A stretch of DNA of 62,938 bases, filler included, from Pirum gemmata (GCA_002812295.1; 23 parts of 23 records of this genome joined end to end with filler, not necessarily neighbours in it); one strand, 5' to 3'; positions 46,703 through 59,641 are shown, numbered from the whole stretch's first letter. Translations and numbers: made by a program. Notes: a model not told the origin generated them from the letters alone.

Positions 46703-48389
46703 TTAATTTGTAATACAACCCTCAGAACCCGCTACTTTATTTAATTCATCCCAACCTTGTTTAAGAGCGTCTCTATTACAGTTATTTCTTACTAATACCA
46801 ATGACCCACTATCTAATTTTACACAACTGCCGCCCCAAAACATCTTTATCAAAAAGCTAAAAAAAAACAATAAAAAATATTAAAAAATATTAATATTAGT
46901 ACGATTAATAATTCAATAAAAATTAGATATTATGTTGCAATTTAAATTAATTAATTAACAAGAACATTCTGCATATTATTTTTATTATTTTTATTATTTT
47001 TATATTAATATTTTTATTTCCTATAATTATAAAAACATTCTGCATAATATTTTTATTATTATATTTTTATTTTCTATAACTATAAAATACTATATATATA
47101 TATATAGAACTTACTCAGTGCCTTGATTATTCATTGATTTTCTGAACCATTTGAATCTATTTTCGTAAACATGGTCCATACGACTGTAACAAGACCCCGC
47201 ACTGGTTGTTACACTTGGTGTTTTTCCTTTCATGCAATACTTTTGCCCATTTTTATCCTGATATAATATTAATATAATATAAGTTGTTATTAAATTAAAA
47301 CAAGCTTTTAAGCTTTGTTAGTATACATATAACACAGACTTAGTAGATACGTATACGATAACAAGACACAAAGCGATTTAAATTATATTTTCAAAAAATG
47401 GATAATAATAATTTGAAAAATTCATGACATTTTAATTAATTAAAAAAAATAATTAAAAAATAAAAAATTAATAATTATTATACATTATATTATAGACGTT
47501 ATTAATAATAAGGGTATTTACATTCTTAAATAGACTTTCAGACTTTCAGTCTATTTAAGAATGTAAATACCCTTATCAACGTCTATATATAAACGCTTTT
47601 AAGACAACTGGCATTCTTATTTATGAATTTATAAATAAGAATGCCAGTTGTCTTAAAAGTGTTTATTAATAATTATATATTGAAAATAGGGCCATATTCA
47701 GTCTGGCATGAATATTTATCTGAAAAGGTGTCTGTATATATATATGGATCCAGATTTGGGTCTTTCGGCCCTTGACCATATATATATATAGACGTTAAAT
47801 TGATTATTTGCATATATATTATATTAAAATAAATAAATAAACAATTAATCAATTAATTAATTAATTAAAATACTTACTGTAGATTCATAATAATAAACTT
47901 TTGTTCCATCACTATACCAATAATAATACGTTCGCCATCGTGCGTTATACAGTTTTTCTTCATTCGTCAATTCAGAATAAGATTTCGCTTTTACTTTATT
48001 ACTACTGAAATCATGATATATAACCTATGCAAAGTATATATATATAACATAGCTATTTAATTTTTTTTTAAGAATAATTTGCATAATATTATCATTAAAA
48101 CACACTTGTAATTATAATTCCGTATACACTTTCAATTATGACTTTTGAGAGGGCCACTAGTTTTATTTAGTGTCTATATTAATATTAATATAATTATATA
48201 TGATTATTATATTTATATATATATGACATATAATAATAGTGTTATTAATACCTTGTCTGGGTTGTATGAATTCGTAAGCGTGTTAGTGTAATTCATACAG
48301 ATATATTGAGAATAAACCAATGAAGCATTTTCTGGCAATATAATAATGAAGATTACAAATAAAACACAGAAGACTTTTCTAAAATCCAT
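46703..48389 (-). CDS. Complete 4-exon secreted Cys-containing protein (193 aa), possibly a ricin-B-like beta-trefoil
   Basis: Exons 48389-48252, 48024-47878, 47257-47115 and 46856-46703, all GT-AG and phase-consistent, total 582 nt. MDFRKVFCVLFVIFIIILPENAS (signal-like)...NARW...YCMKG...GSCYS...RFKW...GGSCVKLDSG...NCNRDALKQGW...CITN*. Confidence 0.8.
47491..47665. repeat. Two adjacent near-perfect palindromes/hairpins in intron 2
   Basis: 47491-47587 has a 29-bp perfect stem, 11-nt loop and outer tatagacgtt/aacgtctata. 47590-47665 has 38-bp arms with two mismatches. Confidence 0.9.
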
Positions 48390-50355
48390 GGTTGATTTGC
48401 TTGTGATTAATATTATTCTTCGTTAATTAAAATGGTTAACGTGAATTATCAATATTATTATATTATAATAACTATTTCTATTTTTGTTTTTATTAATTTT
48501 ATTGTAAATATTTACAAATATAATAAATAGTTTTTTTTTTTCTTTTTTTTAAATTAATTTTACTTTTTTTTTTTTTTTTTTTTTNNNNNNNNNNNNNNNN
48601 NNNNNNNNNNNNNNNNNNNNNNNNNNNNTTAATTAATTAANNNNNNNNNNNNNNNNNNNNNNNNNNNNNNNNNNNNNNNNNNNNATTATATTATATATAT
48701 TCTATATTAATTAAAATGTAGAGTTTTATCAGCTGTTTTATCATAGCTAGGTTGTTGGCACTTGTTGCTGGGTCTAGCTAGCTAGGTAGCTGAGTGCAGG
48801 ACTCATAAAATTAGAAGTTCTCAAAAAAAGGTCAGATTTATTTTTTAAAAATGTGCCAATAAAACGGGTTTTAACGACTGCTTGTTGCTCATAACAGAGT
48901 CATATTATTTTTTTAAAAAGTTATTACTGGACATAATGGATTCCTAATTTCCTACTGATCATTCGGATTTTCCTACTATTATCATAATCTTGACATGCTG
49001 GAATTTGGTGTATTATTGACTAATGAAATGAAAGAAGGAAAAAAAAATAGCCTAGTGTATCAGACACTGACAGTGACAGACAGTGTATCTCTTAGTCTCT
49101 AGTTTAGTCTAGGTAGCTTAGTAGAGTGTATCTACTATCTACACATCTGATCTACATGATGCTACATGATGCAGACCTGATGTAGACCTGTGTCGCAGAC
49201 CTCTAATAAGATGCCCTAGCTAGCAGTAGCTAGTCTATATATGTATAGACTGTCTATATATGTCAAATATTATATAATATTGATATACTCTACCGGTATC
49301 TATGACTAGCTATCTATGTATGATATGACATATAATTGATATTCCTAGATTGATATTCATATTCCAGTTTCCAATTCACCTATAGATGTATGATTGGTCA
49401 ATAATACATCAAAATAATCAAGATTGGCGCAAGATTAGATGAGAGATTAGCTGATTTAGGGTTAGGGTTAGGGTTAGGGTTAGGGTTAGGGTTAGGGTTA
49501 GGGTTAGGGTTAGGGTTAGGGGTTAGGGTATTAATTGCTATTGTTATCGTCGTTGTCATTGTGTTATTGCTATTGTTATGTTATTGTTCGATATATTATA
49601 TTGTTGTTCAAATAATACATAATATATTGTTTTATTGTTTTTCATAGTGTTATTATTAATGTTGACTTTATTGCTATTGTTATTGCCATTGCTACTGATT
49701 ATTGATGGTAATGTTATTATTACCATTATCATTATTATTATTATTATTGTTATTGTTGTNNNNNNNNNNNNNNNNNNNNNNNNNNNNNNNNNNNNNNNNN
49801 NNNNNNNNNNNNNNNNNNNNNNNNNNNNNNNNNNNNNNNNNNNNNNNNNNNNNNNNNNNNNNNNNNNNNNNNNNNNNNNNNNNNNNNNNNNNNNNNNNNN
49901 NNNNNNNNNNNNNNNNNNNNNNNNNNNNNNNNNNNNNNNNNNNNNNNNNNNNNTTCGATTGTTTTTGTTAGAGCTTCACTCTTGTATTGTGATATTTTCT
50001 TAATTGTTATTCTATTATTATTATTATTATTATTTTATTTTATTTTCTTGATTTCATAGGCTTTCAAGTGTTTTTTTATTATTATTACCACAGTCGATCT
50101 TTATAGTTTTTGTACTTTTTTTCCTTTTATATAGACCCCCATTATATAGACTATAACAGTACTATAACTGTATAACTGTATAACTTGAGTATAACTTGAT
50201 AAAAAAAACAATTTTTTAAATTAAAAAAGCTATTTGATATTTTAGCATAATCAGCATTACATGCTGCATTGCATTACCAGTAAAATCAATAGATGGTACA
50301 AATCCACCTGCAGCCGTAATTTCATAGAAGGAATATGAATCAACTTTAATAGTAC

Positions 50356-50395
50356 CAAGGAGTCAGCAAGGACTTCAAAAAAAAAGACGACCTTG
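50356..50395. mobile_element. 40-bp P-like end remnant with imperfect 7-bp TSD
   Basis: atagtac|CAAGGAGTCAGCAAGGACTTCAAAAAAAAAGACGACCTTG|atactac; TSD matches at 6/7. Confidence 0.55.
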
Positions 50396-50620
50396 ATACT
50401 ACTAATAGTCTACTAATTCTCTACTAATAGTTCTACTAATACAAATATGTATATTTCTAAAGATTTTTTTTTTTATCGTAATTATGTAATTATTGCATTA
50501 TCGATCGATAGCGTAATATGAAAAATCATTTGTGATCCCAATATGATAACACAATTTTTTTAAAAAAGCTACAATTATCAAAAAATATTATTTTATTAAA
50601 AACTAACCCTAACCCTAACC

Positions 50621-51679
50621 CTAACCCCTAACCCTAACCCTAACCCTAACCCTAACCCTAACCCTAATAATATAATCTACCTCAAAGGTGTATTTTTTAT
50701 CATCCCAGTTTGTGGCTGCGTTGGGGCCAAAGTTTGGACCGACTGCAAGATTAACCATAAAATAGAAATCTTTACCCTCTTGATTGTAAGGGAAATTCCA
50801 ATTATTTTGTTCTTCTAACGGTACGTGATAAGTTTTCAATCGTATACCGTCGTGGTAAGCAGTGATACTCGTTTCATTCCATTCAATACCATAAGTATGC
50901 CAATCTGACGCACTGTCGTATTGTTGCCCCAAGCCCACGGAATCTTTAGCATGGTGTTTGGGAAAATGTAGTGTAGAAGGTACCCCGCCGAATGCTTTCT
51001 GGTACTCAAACATGTCAATTTCCCCATTTTCAGGCCAGGTTCCTTTGTTTCCTAACATCCATACAGCAGGAAAAGCTCCTTCCATTGTATAATGTCCTGG
51101 TAATCTACACCTTGTTTCTGCATAGCCAAATTTAAATTCGTGTTTCCCCTGAGTGACCATTTTACCGGAATACCATTTACCATCGGCTTCTTTAATAGCG
51201 TTTATTTTTAAAATACCATTTTGGGTAGAAATGTATTTTTCATCATCACTGTAGTATTGATCTTCCCCATTCCCCCAACCATTGACTCCGTTACCGTAAT
51301 CATAAGTCCAATCATTCTTAGATATAGGAGCGAAAAATTCATCACTCCATTTTAAAGTTCTACCCATCATTTCCTGAGGTATAGGTGCCTCTGGTGTAGT
51401 GGGATCCCGCGAGCAAGGCTTTGGGCATTGCCTACCATTGTCTTCTTTTTCTAAAAACAATTGGAAATCATAATAGGAAACCCCAGCGTCTAAACCAGGG
51501 TACCCCTCGGGGTTAGTTCTGATTCCATCTTTTTTTGCCCATTCGATAGCTTTGGAACAGTCAGTGCCATCTCCAGGGAATGCTGTGTAGCATTGCGATT
51601 CACTATCTTGGGTTGGGGAAGCTGTTGTGGCTAAAGCTAAAGAAGCGATGGTTCCTACTGCGCAAATTGAGAATTTCAT
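50621..51679 (-). CDS. Secreted GH16 laminarinase-like beta-1,3-glucanase with an N-terminal Cys module
   Basis: Signal peptide; LKWSDEF, GWGNGEDQYY, YSGKMVT, FKFGYAETR, FPAVWMLG, catalytic WPENGEIDMFE, WHTYGIEW, NLAVG and FEVDY. The 3' end runs into a TTAGGG tract. Confidence 0.92.
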   Translation of the reverse strand: MKFSICAVGTIASLALATTASPTQDSESQCYTAFPGDGTDCSKAIEWAKKDGIRTNPEGYPGLDAGVSYYDFQLFLEKEDNGRQCPKPCSRDPTTPEAPIPQEMMGRTLKWSDEFFAPISKNDWTYDYGNGVNGWGNGEDQYYSDDEKYISTQNGILKINAIKEADGKWYSGKMVTQGKHEFKFGYAETRCRLPGHYTMEGAFPAVWMLGNKGTWPENGEIDMFEYQKAFGGVPSTLHFPKHHAKDSVGLGQQYDSASDWHTYGIEWNETSITAYHDGIRLKTYHVPLEEQNNWNFPYNQEGKDFYFMVNLAVGPNFGPNAATNWDDKKYTFEVDYIIRVRVRVRVRVRVRG

Positions 51680-52983
51680 TTTTGTTGGTGGTGTTGTTGT
51701 TGATGTTGTTGGTGGTGGTGTTGTTGTTTTTTAAAAAAAGTTGTTTATTTTATTTTTTGAATGGTTTTTTCTCTTTTTTTAACTTTATAAACCTCTGCTT
51801 TTATACTACATGGCTAGCTAGTACAGGTAACCTAGCCATATCATAAAAACAATATTCTTTGCTGGTCTTTAATTAATATGCGACTTTTGAGCAAAAAAGT
51901 TTTTTCAAGTTATTTCCGCTGTCTAGATCTGTTTAGCAGAAGTTATTAAAAAATAAAAAATAATAAATAAATAAAAAGATGTTATTTTGTGGGCGTGTGT
52001 GTGGGCGTGTGTGTGTGTGTGTACAGGTAACCCAGCCATATCATAAAAACAATATTCTTTGCCGGTCTGTCTGTTTTTAGCAGAAGTTATTAAAAAACAA
52101 AAAATAAAAAATAAATGTGTATGTATGGGCGTGTGTGTGCGTGTGTGTTTGTGTGTGTGTGTGTGTGTGCGTGTGTGTGTGCGTGTGTGTGTGTGCGTGT
52201 GTGCGTGTGTGTGTGCGTGTGTGTGTGTGTGTGTGTGTGNNNNNNNNNNNNNNNNNNNNNNNNNNNNNNNNNNNNNNNNNNNNTTAATTAATTAANNNNN
52301 NNNNNNNNNNNNNNNNNNNNNNNNNNNNNNNNNNNNNNNATTATTATTATTATTATTGGCACTGTTTTTCAAAACAACGAAACTGGTGAAGTTAGCTGTA
52401 GAAAAACTAGTCTGTTCAGGCCGATAACTTTAGACAGAGTTAGGGTAGGTGGTTAAGGTTACATCGGCAAGAAAAGAAAAAGCAAGAAAAGTAATAAAAA
52501 GAATTATTATTATTATTATTATCGAAATTCTAAATTCAAACTGAGCTTGAATTTGGGATTAAAAATTAAAATATTAATACTATGTCATTTATATAATTAT
52601 AAATTTTTTATTCAACCAAAATAATAGAAAATGGTTACATTTTAGACATCAAATTTTAAACAACTATAAGACTATTTATCATATAATCATAATCATATTA
52701 TCAAAAAATACTAACCTAGGACTTCCAACCTACCAATTTGAATAATATTATTGTGTTTTTCATTTATTTTGTCACTCTGAATATTTATTTGGTGGATTAT
52801 AACATTTAATTTGACATGTTTAAAAGAATATTTAGATAAAAAAACATACCAAATTAAATTAAATGGATTTATATTGTATTAATATGGTACTATGTGTTCT
52901 CGTTCTCATATGAGTATCATAATATCGTATTTATAATGTTTATTATTATATGATGCTGATGCTGATGATGCTGCTGATGATGN

Positions 52984-53066
52984 GTAGGGTTAGGGTTAGG
53001 GTTAGGGTTAGGGTTAGGGTTAGGGTTAGGGTTAGGGTTAGGGTTATGGTTAAGGTTAGGGTTAGG
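52984..53066 (+). repeat. (TTAGGG)n array
   Basis: Perfect units. Similar arrays at 7557-7607, 24913-24957, 26150-26197, 26752-26860, 27241-27274, 27530-27705, 49456-49529 and 62281-62333. Confidence 0.95.
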
Positions 53067-55842
53067 AATATGTTACTATATTAGGGTTTGATACATGGGG
53101 GGGGGTTTATAAATACCGGTATATATAGTAAGTTTTTTTGCCAAATTTGGTGGCTATGCCACTCAGGTCTTGTCCTCCCATCAGATCCTGATCTTGCCTG
53201 CATATTTATTTGCTAGGTTTTTTAAAAAAACTTTAAATTCATATTTTTAAAAAAATAAATAAAAAGATAATAAATTATGCCAAATTAAATTTATTGGATG
53301 TATATTGTATTAATTTGGTACTATTTGTTGTATATTTCTTGGTAAAACAACTCCCAATTCAGCTCGAACCGGAAAACTCGAAAAAAAGAAGAAATTCAGC
53401 TTGTTTGAAAAAAAAAAAATTCATTTTTTTCAGGTTTATAAGTAAATAAATATGCTCGAATACTTAATTATTAGCTCAAAATGTTCGAACTTATTTAATT
53501 AATGAATAGGCTCGAAAACTCGATTTTTTTTAAACACCAGGCATTTCACCTTTCTTTGTCTAGTCACGTCAAAAAAAAAAAAAAACTGCTATACTAGACT
53601 TTAATTGGTCTATAAAGAGATTGGGTCAGAACCTAATACAGTTTCCAACCTTTCAAGCGCGGTTAAGAATTTATTTGCTTTGTATTGGTGAATTTAACTT
53701 TACTACTTAACCCAATGAAAAGCTAAAACCATAACTATCATAACCACTGTAACAACCGCAGCAATAACAATAACAATAACAATAGCAATAACAATAACAA
53801 TATCAATAGCAATAACAATAACAATACAATAACAATAACAATAACAATAACAATAACAATAACAATTACAATAACAATAACAATAACAATAACAATAACA
53901 ATAACAATAACCATAACCANNNNNNNNNNNNNNNNNNNNNNNNNNNNNNNNNNNNNNNNNNNNNNNNNNNNNAATAACAATAACAATAACAATAACAATA
54001 ACAATAACAATAACAATAACAATAACAATAACAATAACTAACAATAACAATAACAATAACAATAACAATAACAAAAACAATATTTTTAAAATAATAATGT
54101 ATAATTGACCAATGATCAATTAATAATTACTCATCCCCATCTATAATAAGCTATAGCATTACTCAAACTATTTTAAAAAACCAATAGAATTATATAAAAT
54201 GGCTTTTTTGGCTTTTTTGGCTTTTTTGGTTAGATTTTTTGGAAACCCAAAAAGCCTAAAAAGCACCAAAATAATATATTATAGGCATCTTTTGCGTAAT
54301 TTGATACCTTATATATATACTAAAAGAACCCTAAAACAGCTCCTAATACGATAATGACATACCAAAAAAAAAGCTATAAAAAAGCCAAAAAAAAATGCAA
54401 ATAAAGAAATACGATAATCTAATTGGATCAAGAACTTTTATTAGTAAGGGTTGGGTTGGGACCGTTAGCCTTAGGGGCCCTAATAGGGGGTGAGGGTTGG
54501 GACCGTTAGGCTAGCCTTAGGGGCCCTAATAGGGGGTGAGGGTTGGGTCTAATAGAGCCTTTTTTAAAAAGGGTCTAGTCACTCTAGTAGTGTTGTCCAG
54601 TTCAAAAACTGAAATAAACTTACCAAATTATTATTATGGTTAAACTATCGGACATGTTTTGATTAATTTGGTATTTTATAATTAATGTTTCAGTTTATAA
54701 AACAGTTCAATTATATACTTAAAAAGTACCAAATTAAAGAACTGTAATGAAATAGACGATATCATAGTTAGTTAGACTATATACAGCATGCTATAATCAG
54801 ATGCTATAATATAGTCTATGTGTTTGGGTAGGGTTAGGGTTAGGGTTAGGGGGTGTTAGAAGTCGTTTTTCTTTTATTCTTTCAACTTTACCTTTTCATA
54901 CAATAGTTTTACGATTTGATGGTGGTAGCCAACGTATAATTATTACCCCTTCGCTTTCCTGGTTCGCTTACTGTTCGCTTTCTCCTCTTTACTCTTTTTA
55001 TTTATTTATTAGGAGTCAGGGTTGGAGTTTTGATTTTTTAAAGAGTTAGAGTTAGAGTTAGAGTTAGAGCTAGCTAGGATTAGGGTTAGGGACAGGGTTA
55101 GGGTTAGGGACAGGGTTAGGGTTAGTTAGGGTAGAGTTAGGTTAGGGTCAGGGTTGGTCTGGCTAGTCGGGTAAGACTAGTCTAAGGGTTAGGGTTAGGA
55201 AATTAGGGTGAGTTAGACTAGCTAGGCTTTAGAATAATAATACCGTTGATAAGTGTATGTCTTTTGGGCCATAGTAAGGGAGCTTTCAAATAATACAACA
55301 CGTCAAGGGGTAGGTAGGTAGGTGGTACTTGACCGAAAATTAACGTCGAGGGTTAGGTAGGTAGGGGTATTTGAAGCTGTATTTGACCGAAAATTGGCGT
55401 TATGTAGTATTTGAACGCTCCTCCCTAAGGCNNNNNNNNNNNNNNNNNNNNNNNNNNNNNNNNNNNNNNNNNNNNTTAATTAATTAANNNNNNNNNNNNN
55501 NNNNNNNNNNNNNNNNNNNNNNNNNNNNNNNATATTATATAGCGTAAGTTTTTGAGTATGTTATCTTACTAATATAAATTTTGTGCTTTTAATTTATTTT
55601 GTCACTCTTGAATACTTTTTTGGTGGATTATAATCTTTAAATTGACATGTTTAAATGAACAAATAGATAATAAAATATACCAAATTAAATAAAATAAATT
55701 TATATTGTATTAATTTGGTACTATTTATTGTATATTTTATGATATCAAAACAATTGAAAAGCACAATACTAGCAAAAAAAATATAATTGAAAAGGAAAGG
55801 GACAGGAAAACATTTTATTTGATATTCAAGCAAAATAAATAC

Positions 55843-56325
55843 CTTCAAAAGTATCCAAAGCGAATTTCCATTCAGACTTATCTACATGTAAGCCGCCCAT
55901 GAGAGAACGAGTGCTGTAACAATAATAGCGAAAATAATTAAATTAAATCAAAATCAATATAGTAGCATAAAGCAGTACAATAATAATAGCGGTAAATTTA
56001 GAAATAATAATAATAATTACTATTGTAAATAACAACAAAATAACAACATAATAACATAATAACAACATAATAACAACATAATAACAACATAATAACAACA
56101 TAATAACAACATAATAACAACATAATAACAACATAATAACATAATAACAACATAATAACGACATAATAACAACATACTAAACCATAAAACAAGAAAAAAG
56201 AGTAATAAAAAATAGAAAAACATACGCTAAATTTCCATTATTAATTGCATAAGAATCTTTAAACCATTCTGAAGCTCGAAATATTTTACCATTTTCTCTT
56301 GCCATAGCACCCAATCTAAGATAAC
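55843..56325 (-). CDS. CTR9: CTR9 (PAF1 complex TPR subunit), two internal exons
   Basis: Exons 56325-56226 and 55913-55843 give YLRLGAMARENGKIFRASEWFKDSYAINNGNLA|TRSLMGGLHVDKSEWKFALDTFE. This matches the CTR9 segment CYLRLGAMARDKG...ASDWFKEAL...SLIGNLHLAKQEW. Confidence 0.85.
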
Positions 56326-56865
56326 CTGGTAGAGAGAAAGAACAGAACAGAAAAGAAATAACAATAATAAATCAATAAAATCGCAGCACACACCTATTTT
56401 GCTTAAGACTATATATATATTCCAATGATAATTTCCTTGCTATCACTGTGGCAGAGCAGAAAAATATTTAAACCGATTGTAATTAGTTACAGCGCCAATT
56501 ATAATGAAAAAGATGATTACTTGGACTGACTATATACTAACAATCAAACAATCAAACAATCAAACAATAACCATTGTAATAGAGTAGGAAATATATATAG
56601 AAAAAAAATCATAGTATATTGCTATATAGGTAATATTACATAGTATATATAAATACATAAAACGGTGTTAGAAAAAAAAAGGAGGAAAAAATAACTGAAA
56701 ATACATCAACAGAAAATAAATTATAAAACACTACACCTAATATGATACATGACTTCTATAACTTGTTACAATGGTAATTATAATGATACTAAAAATTATT
56801 TTGATGGTGATGAAAACAAATACGATGTTGGCAAGAAGAAAATATGGAATTTTTTGAGTTGATGA

Positions 56866-56925
<60 letters not shown>

Positions 56926-56941
56926 GTATTATTATTATTAG

Positions 56942-56973
<32 letters not shown>

Positions 56974-57364
56974 GAATTATTATTATTATTATGCTATCTA
57001 TGCTTTTAACAATTTTACTTTTTTATTGAATATGTATTTATTTAGTTTAAAAAATATGAGATGATAATTTAGTTTGCTTTTTTTTTGAGGGGGGGGTTGA
57101 TTAATTAAAAATTTTAAAAAAGCAAAATATAAGGACATACGGGAAAACATAATCGATTGAAATTTGTAAGTTTCGAACTAGTCTCGATTCAATGGTTTTT
57201 TCCCCATCTCCTAGTAGTGATTTTTTGAGGAACATCATATACTACGTTTATGCTATTATTATTAGTGTAATTATTTTTTATTAATTAACTATTATTTTTA
57301 TAAAATATATTTACTAATAAAATTTAAAATAAAATGAAACTTTTTTTTTCTTTTCATATATTAT

Positions 57365-57600
57365 ATATCCTTTGACACGCATTTCTGAAAGTACTAAAAT
57401 TAAATCAGAATCGTTATAATATTTTTCAAAGTCATTCTCCACTATGACCAGGTAAATCTGTAAAAGAATATCGTTTTAAAATGGGTAATGGTAAGTAAAT
57501 AGTAGCTTCTTTTATACAAGTTGGTACAAATCTCTATCTCCAACAAGTTTTTGAACTGATTTTAAAGCTTTATCATATTCATTCCAATTATAATTATAAA
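57365..57600 (-). pseudogene. Frameshifted dynamin-like GTPase fragment (tentative)
   Basis: CIKEATIYLPLPILKRYSFTDLPGHSGE, followed after a frameshift by NDFEKYYNDSDLILVLSE, resembles the G3 (DLPG) region and next strand of dynamin-like GTPases. Confidence 0.35.
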
Positions 57601-59194
57601 AGATTCATTTTCACATGACAAGCAAGTTTGATGAGTTGTTTTGAATTTCAAAAGCTCGTCACACAAACGACAAAATCCCAATCCAATCAATTTATTAATT
57701 TCATTGACAGTAATTTTTAAATTCTGATTTGAATTTGATGCATCACTTTCGTATTTTGATAAAAATTTATTGTTTTTATATTTTTGAATATTACGTGTTA
57801 AATAAATTGTAAATTTATATACTTGTGATGATTCTTTGGTAATTTTAATAGATAATACAACATTCTTTACATAATGTGAAAAATGAGGAATAAAAGAACG
57901 AATTTATTTTATTTATTTTATTTATTTTATTTATNNNNNNNNNNNNNNNNNNNNNNNNNNNNNNNNNNNNNNNNNNNNTTAATTAATTAANNNNNNNNNN
58001 NNNNNNNNNNNNNNNNNNNNNNNNNNNNNNNNNNGTAAGGCGAAACAGGCGAACATCATTTACTTTGTGCCTCGGTCAAAAAAGTTCGCCATAAGAGTTC
58101 TCACCCCTCCTTTTTTGTGTTTGTTTATTTTTTAGTAACCAATCGAAGCCTTCACGACAGCATAGCTAGCTATCAATGCCTATCATAATGGACTCCAGCA
58201 GTCTCCACTCTCCAGATGCGTCACGTCAAGGTGTAGGTAGATAGGTGGTGTTTGACCGGAAATTAACGTCGAGGGTCTGGTCGAGGGGTAGGTAGATAGG
58301 GGTATTTGAAGCTGTATTTGACTGGAAATTGGTGTTACTTAGTATTTGAATGCTCTTTGATAGCTAGTCTACTGTAGCTGCTGCTGTACTGTTATGTATC
58401 ATAGCAGTTTAACTTTACTCGTGGTTACTGTCTAGTAGTAGCTAGTACTAAGTACCTCCTACAGTTCTGGCCAGGACCAAAGGCACAATCGATTCCAGAA
58501 TGATACGTATACATATATTGTGAGACTCATCAGTGTGAGGGAGAGTGTTGGATCACAATATGTATTTACAACAACAAAACGGCAGACATACCGATACAAC
58601 AACAAAACGGGAGACGTATCGATACTTGTATGTTTTAATAAAAAACTAATGAAAATACCTGAACTAGTACTTGCAGCAGCAAAATTTAATTAACTATTAT
58701 AGTAGTGATCATATATTTTTAAATTCTATGAATACGACTATAATTATATATTACTAACAGTTTGTAATGTATTTCTACCTACCCTATTTCATTAATCATT
58801 TTATGTATGACATTGTCCCAAAATAAATTTCTAGTAACCGAATTTGTAATAATTATAATTATAAGTTGTATGACTTATTGAAAATATCATAATAAAGCTA
58901 TATGATATTAAAAAAAAGTATGATAAATACTGTCGAATGATAACGTTATTATATTAGTTATAATATTATAATATATTTATTTTTATGGTATAAGGAAAAA
59001 TATCTGGAAAAATACTGTTTTAATATACCAGATATACCAGGGTAATTTATATAAATATTGTGAAATATATTTTTTTAATTTCACAGACACCTAATAAAGA
59101 CAGGGAAGGGATTCTCTCTAGCTGCTAGCTAGCTAGTAGTAGTCCTTTTATATACTGGTATGATCAGCTGGGTATGATAACTGTATGATAATAG

Positions 59195-59384
59195 TATCGT
59201 GTTTTTCAATAGTGTTGTCCAGTTCAAAAACTGAAATAAGCTTACCAAATTATAATTAATTGGTCATGTTTTAATTAATTTGATATTTTATATAGTAATT
59301 TTATATTTATAAAAAAGTTCAATTATACAATTGAACGGTACCAAATTAAAGATAGAAAGGACAACTGTAATGAAATAGATGATA
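59195..59384 (-). mobile_element. MITE family B copy
   Basis: tatcgtgtttttcaa...gaaatagatgata termini. Confidence 0.8.
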
Positions 59385-59494
59385 TGATAGCTATAGCAAT
59401 ATTAAACGGCAGGAGTCTGCACTGATTCTGCAGCAGCAGGACTATCTACAATTATTTTACTTTTTTTGTTGTTGTTGTTGTGTTGCTATGCATA

Positions 59495-59626
59495 GGGAGT
59501 TCAAATAATACGTCACGTCACGGGTAGGTAGGTAGGTGGTATTTGACCGGAAATTAACGTCGAGGGGTAGGTAGTTGAAGCTGTGTTTGACTGGAAATTG
59601 GCGTTACGCAGTATTTGAACGCTCCC
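59495..59626 (-). mobile_element. MITE family C copy
   Basis: gggagttcaaata...tatttgaacgctccc. Confidence 0.85.
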
Positions 59627-59641
59627 ATAATCATAAACATC

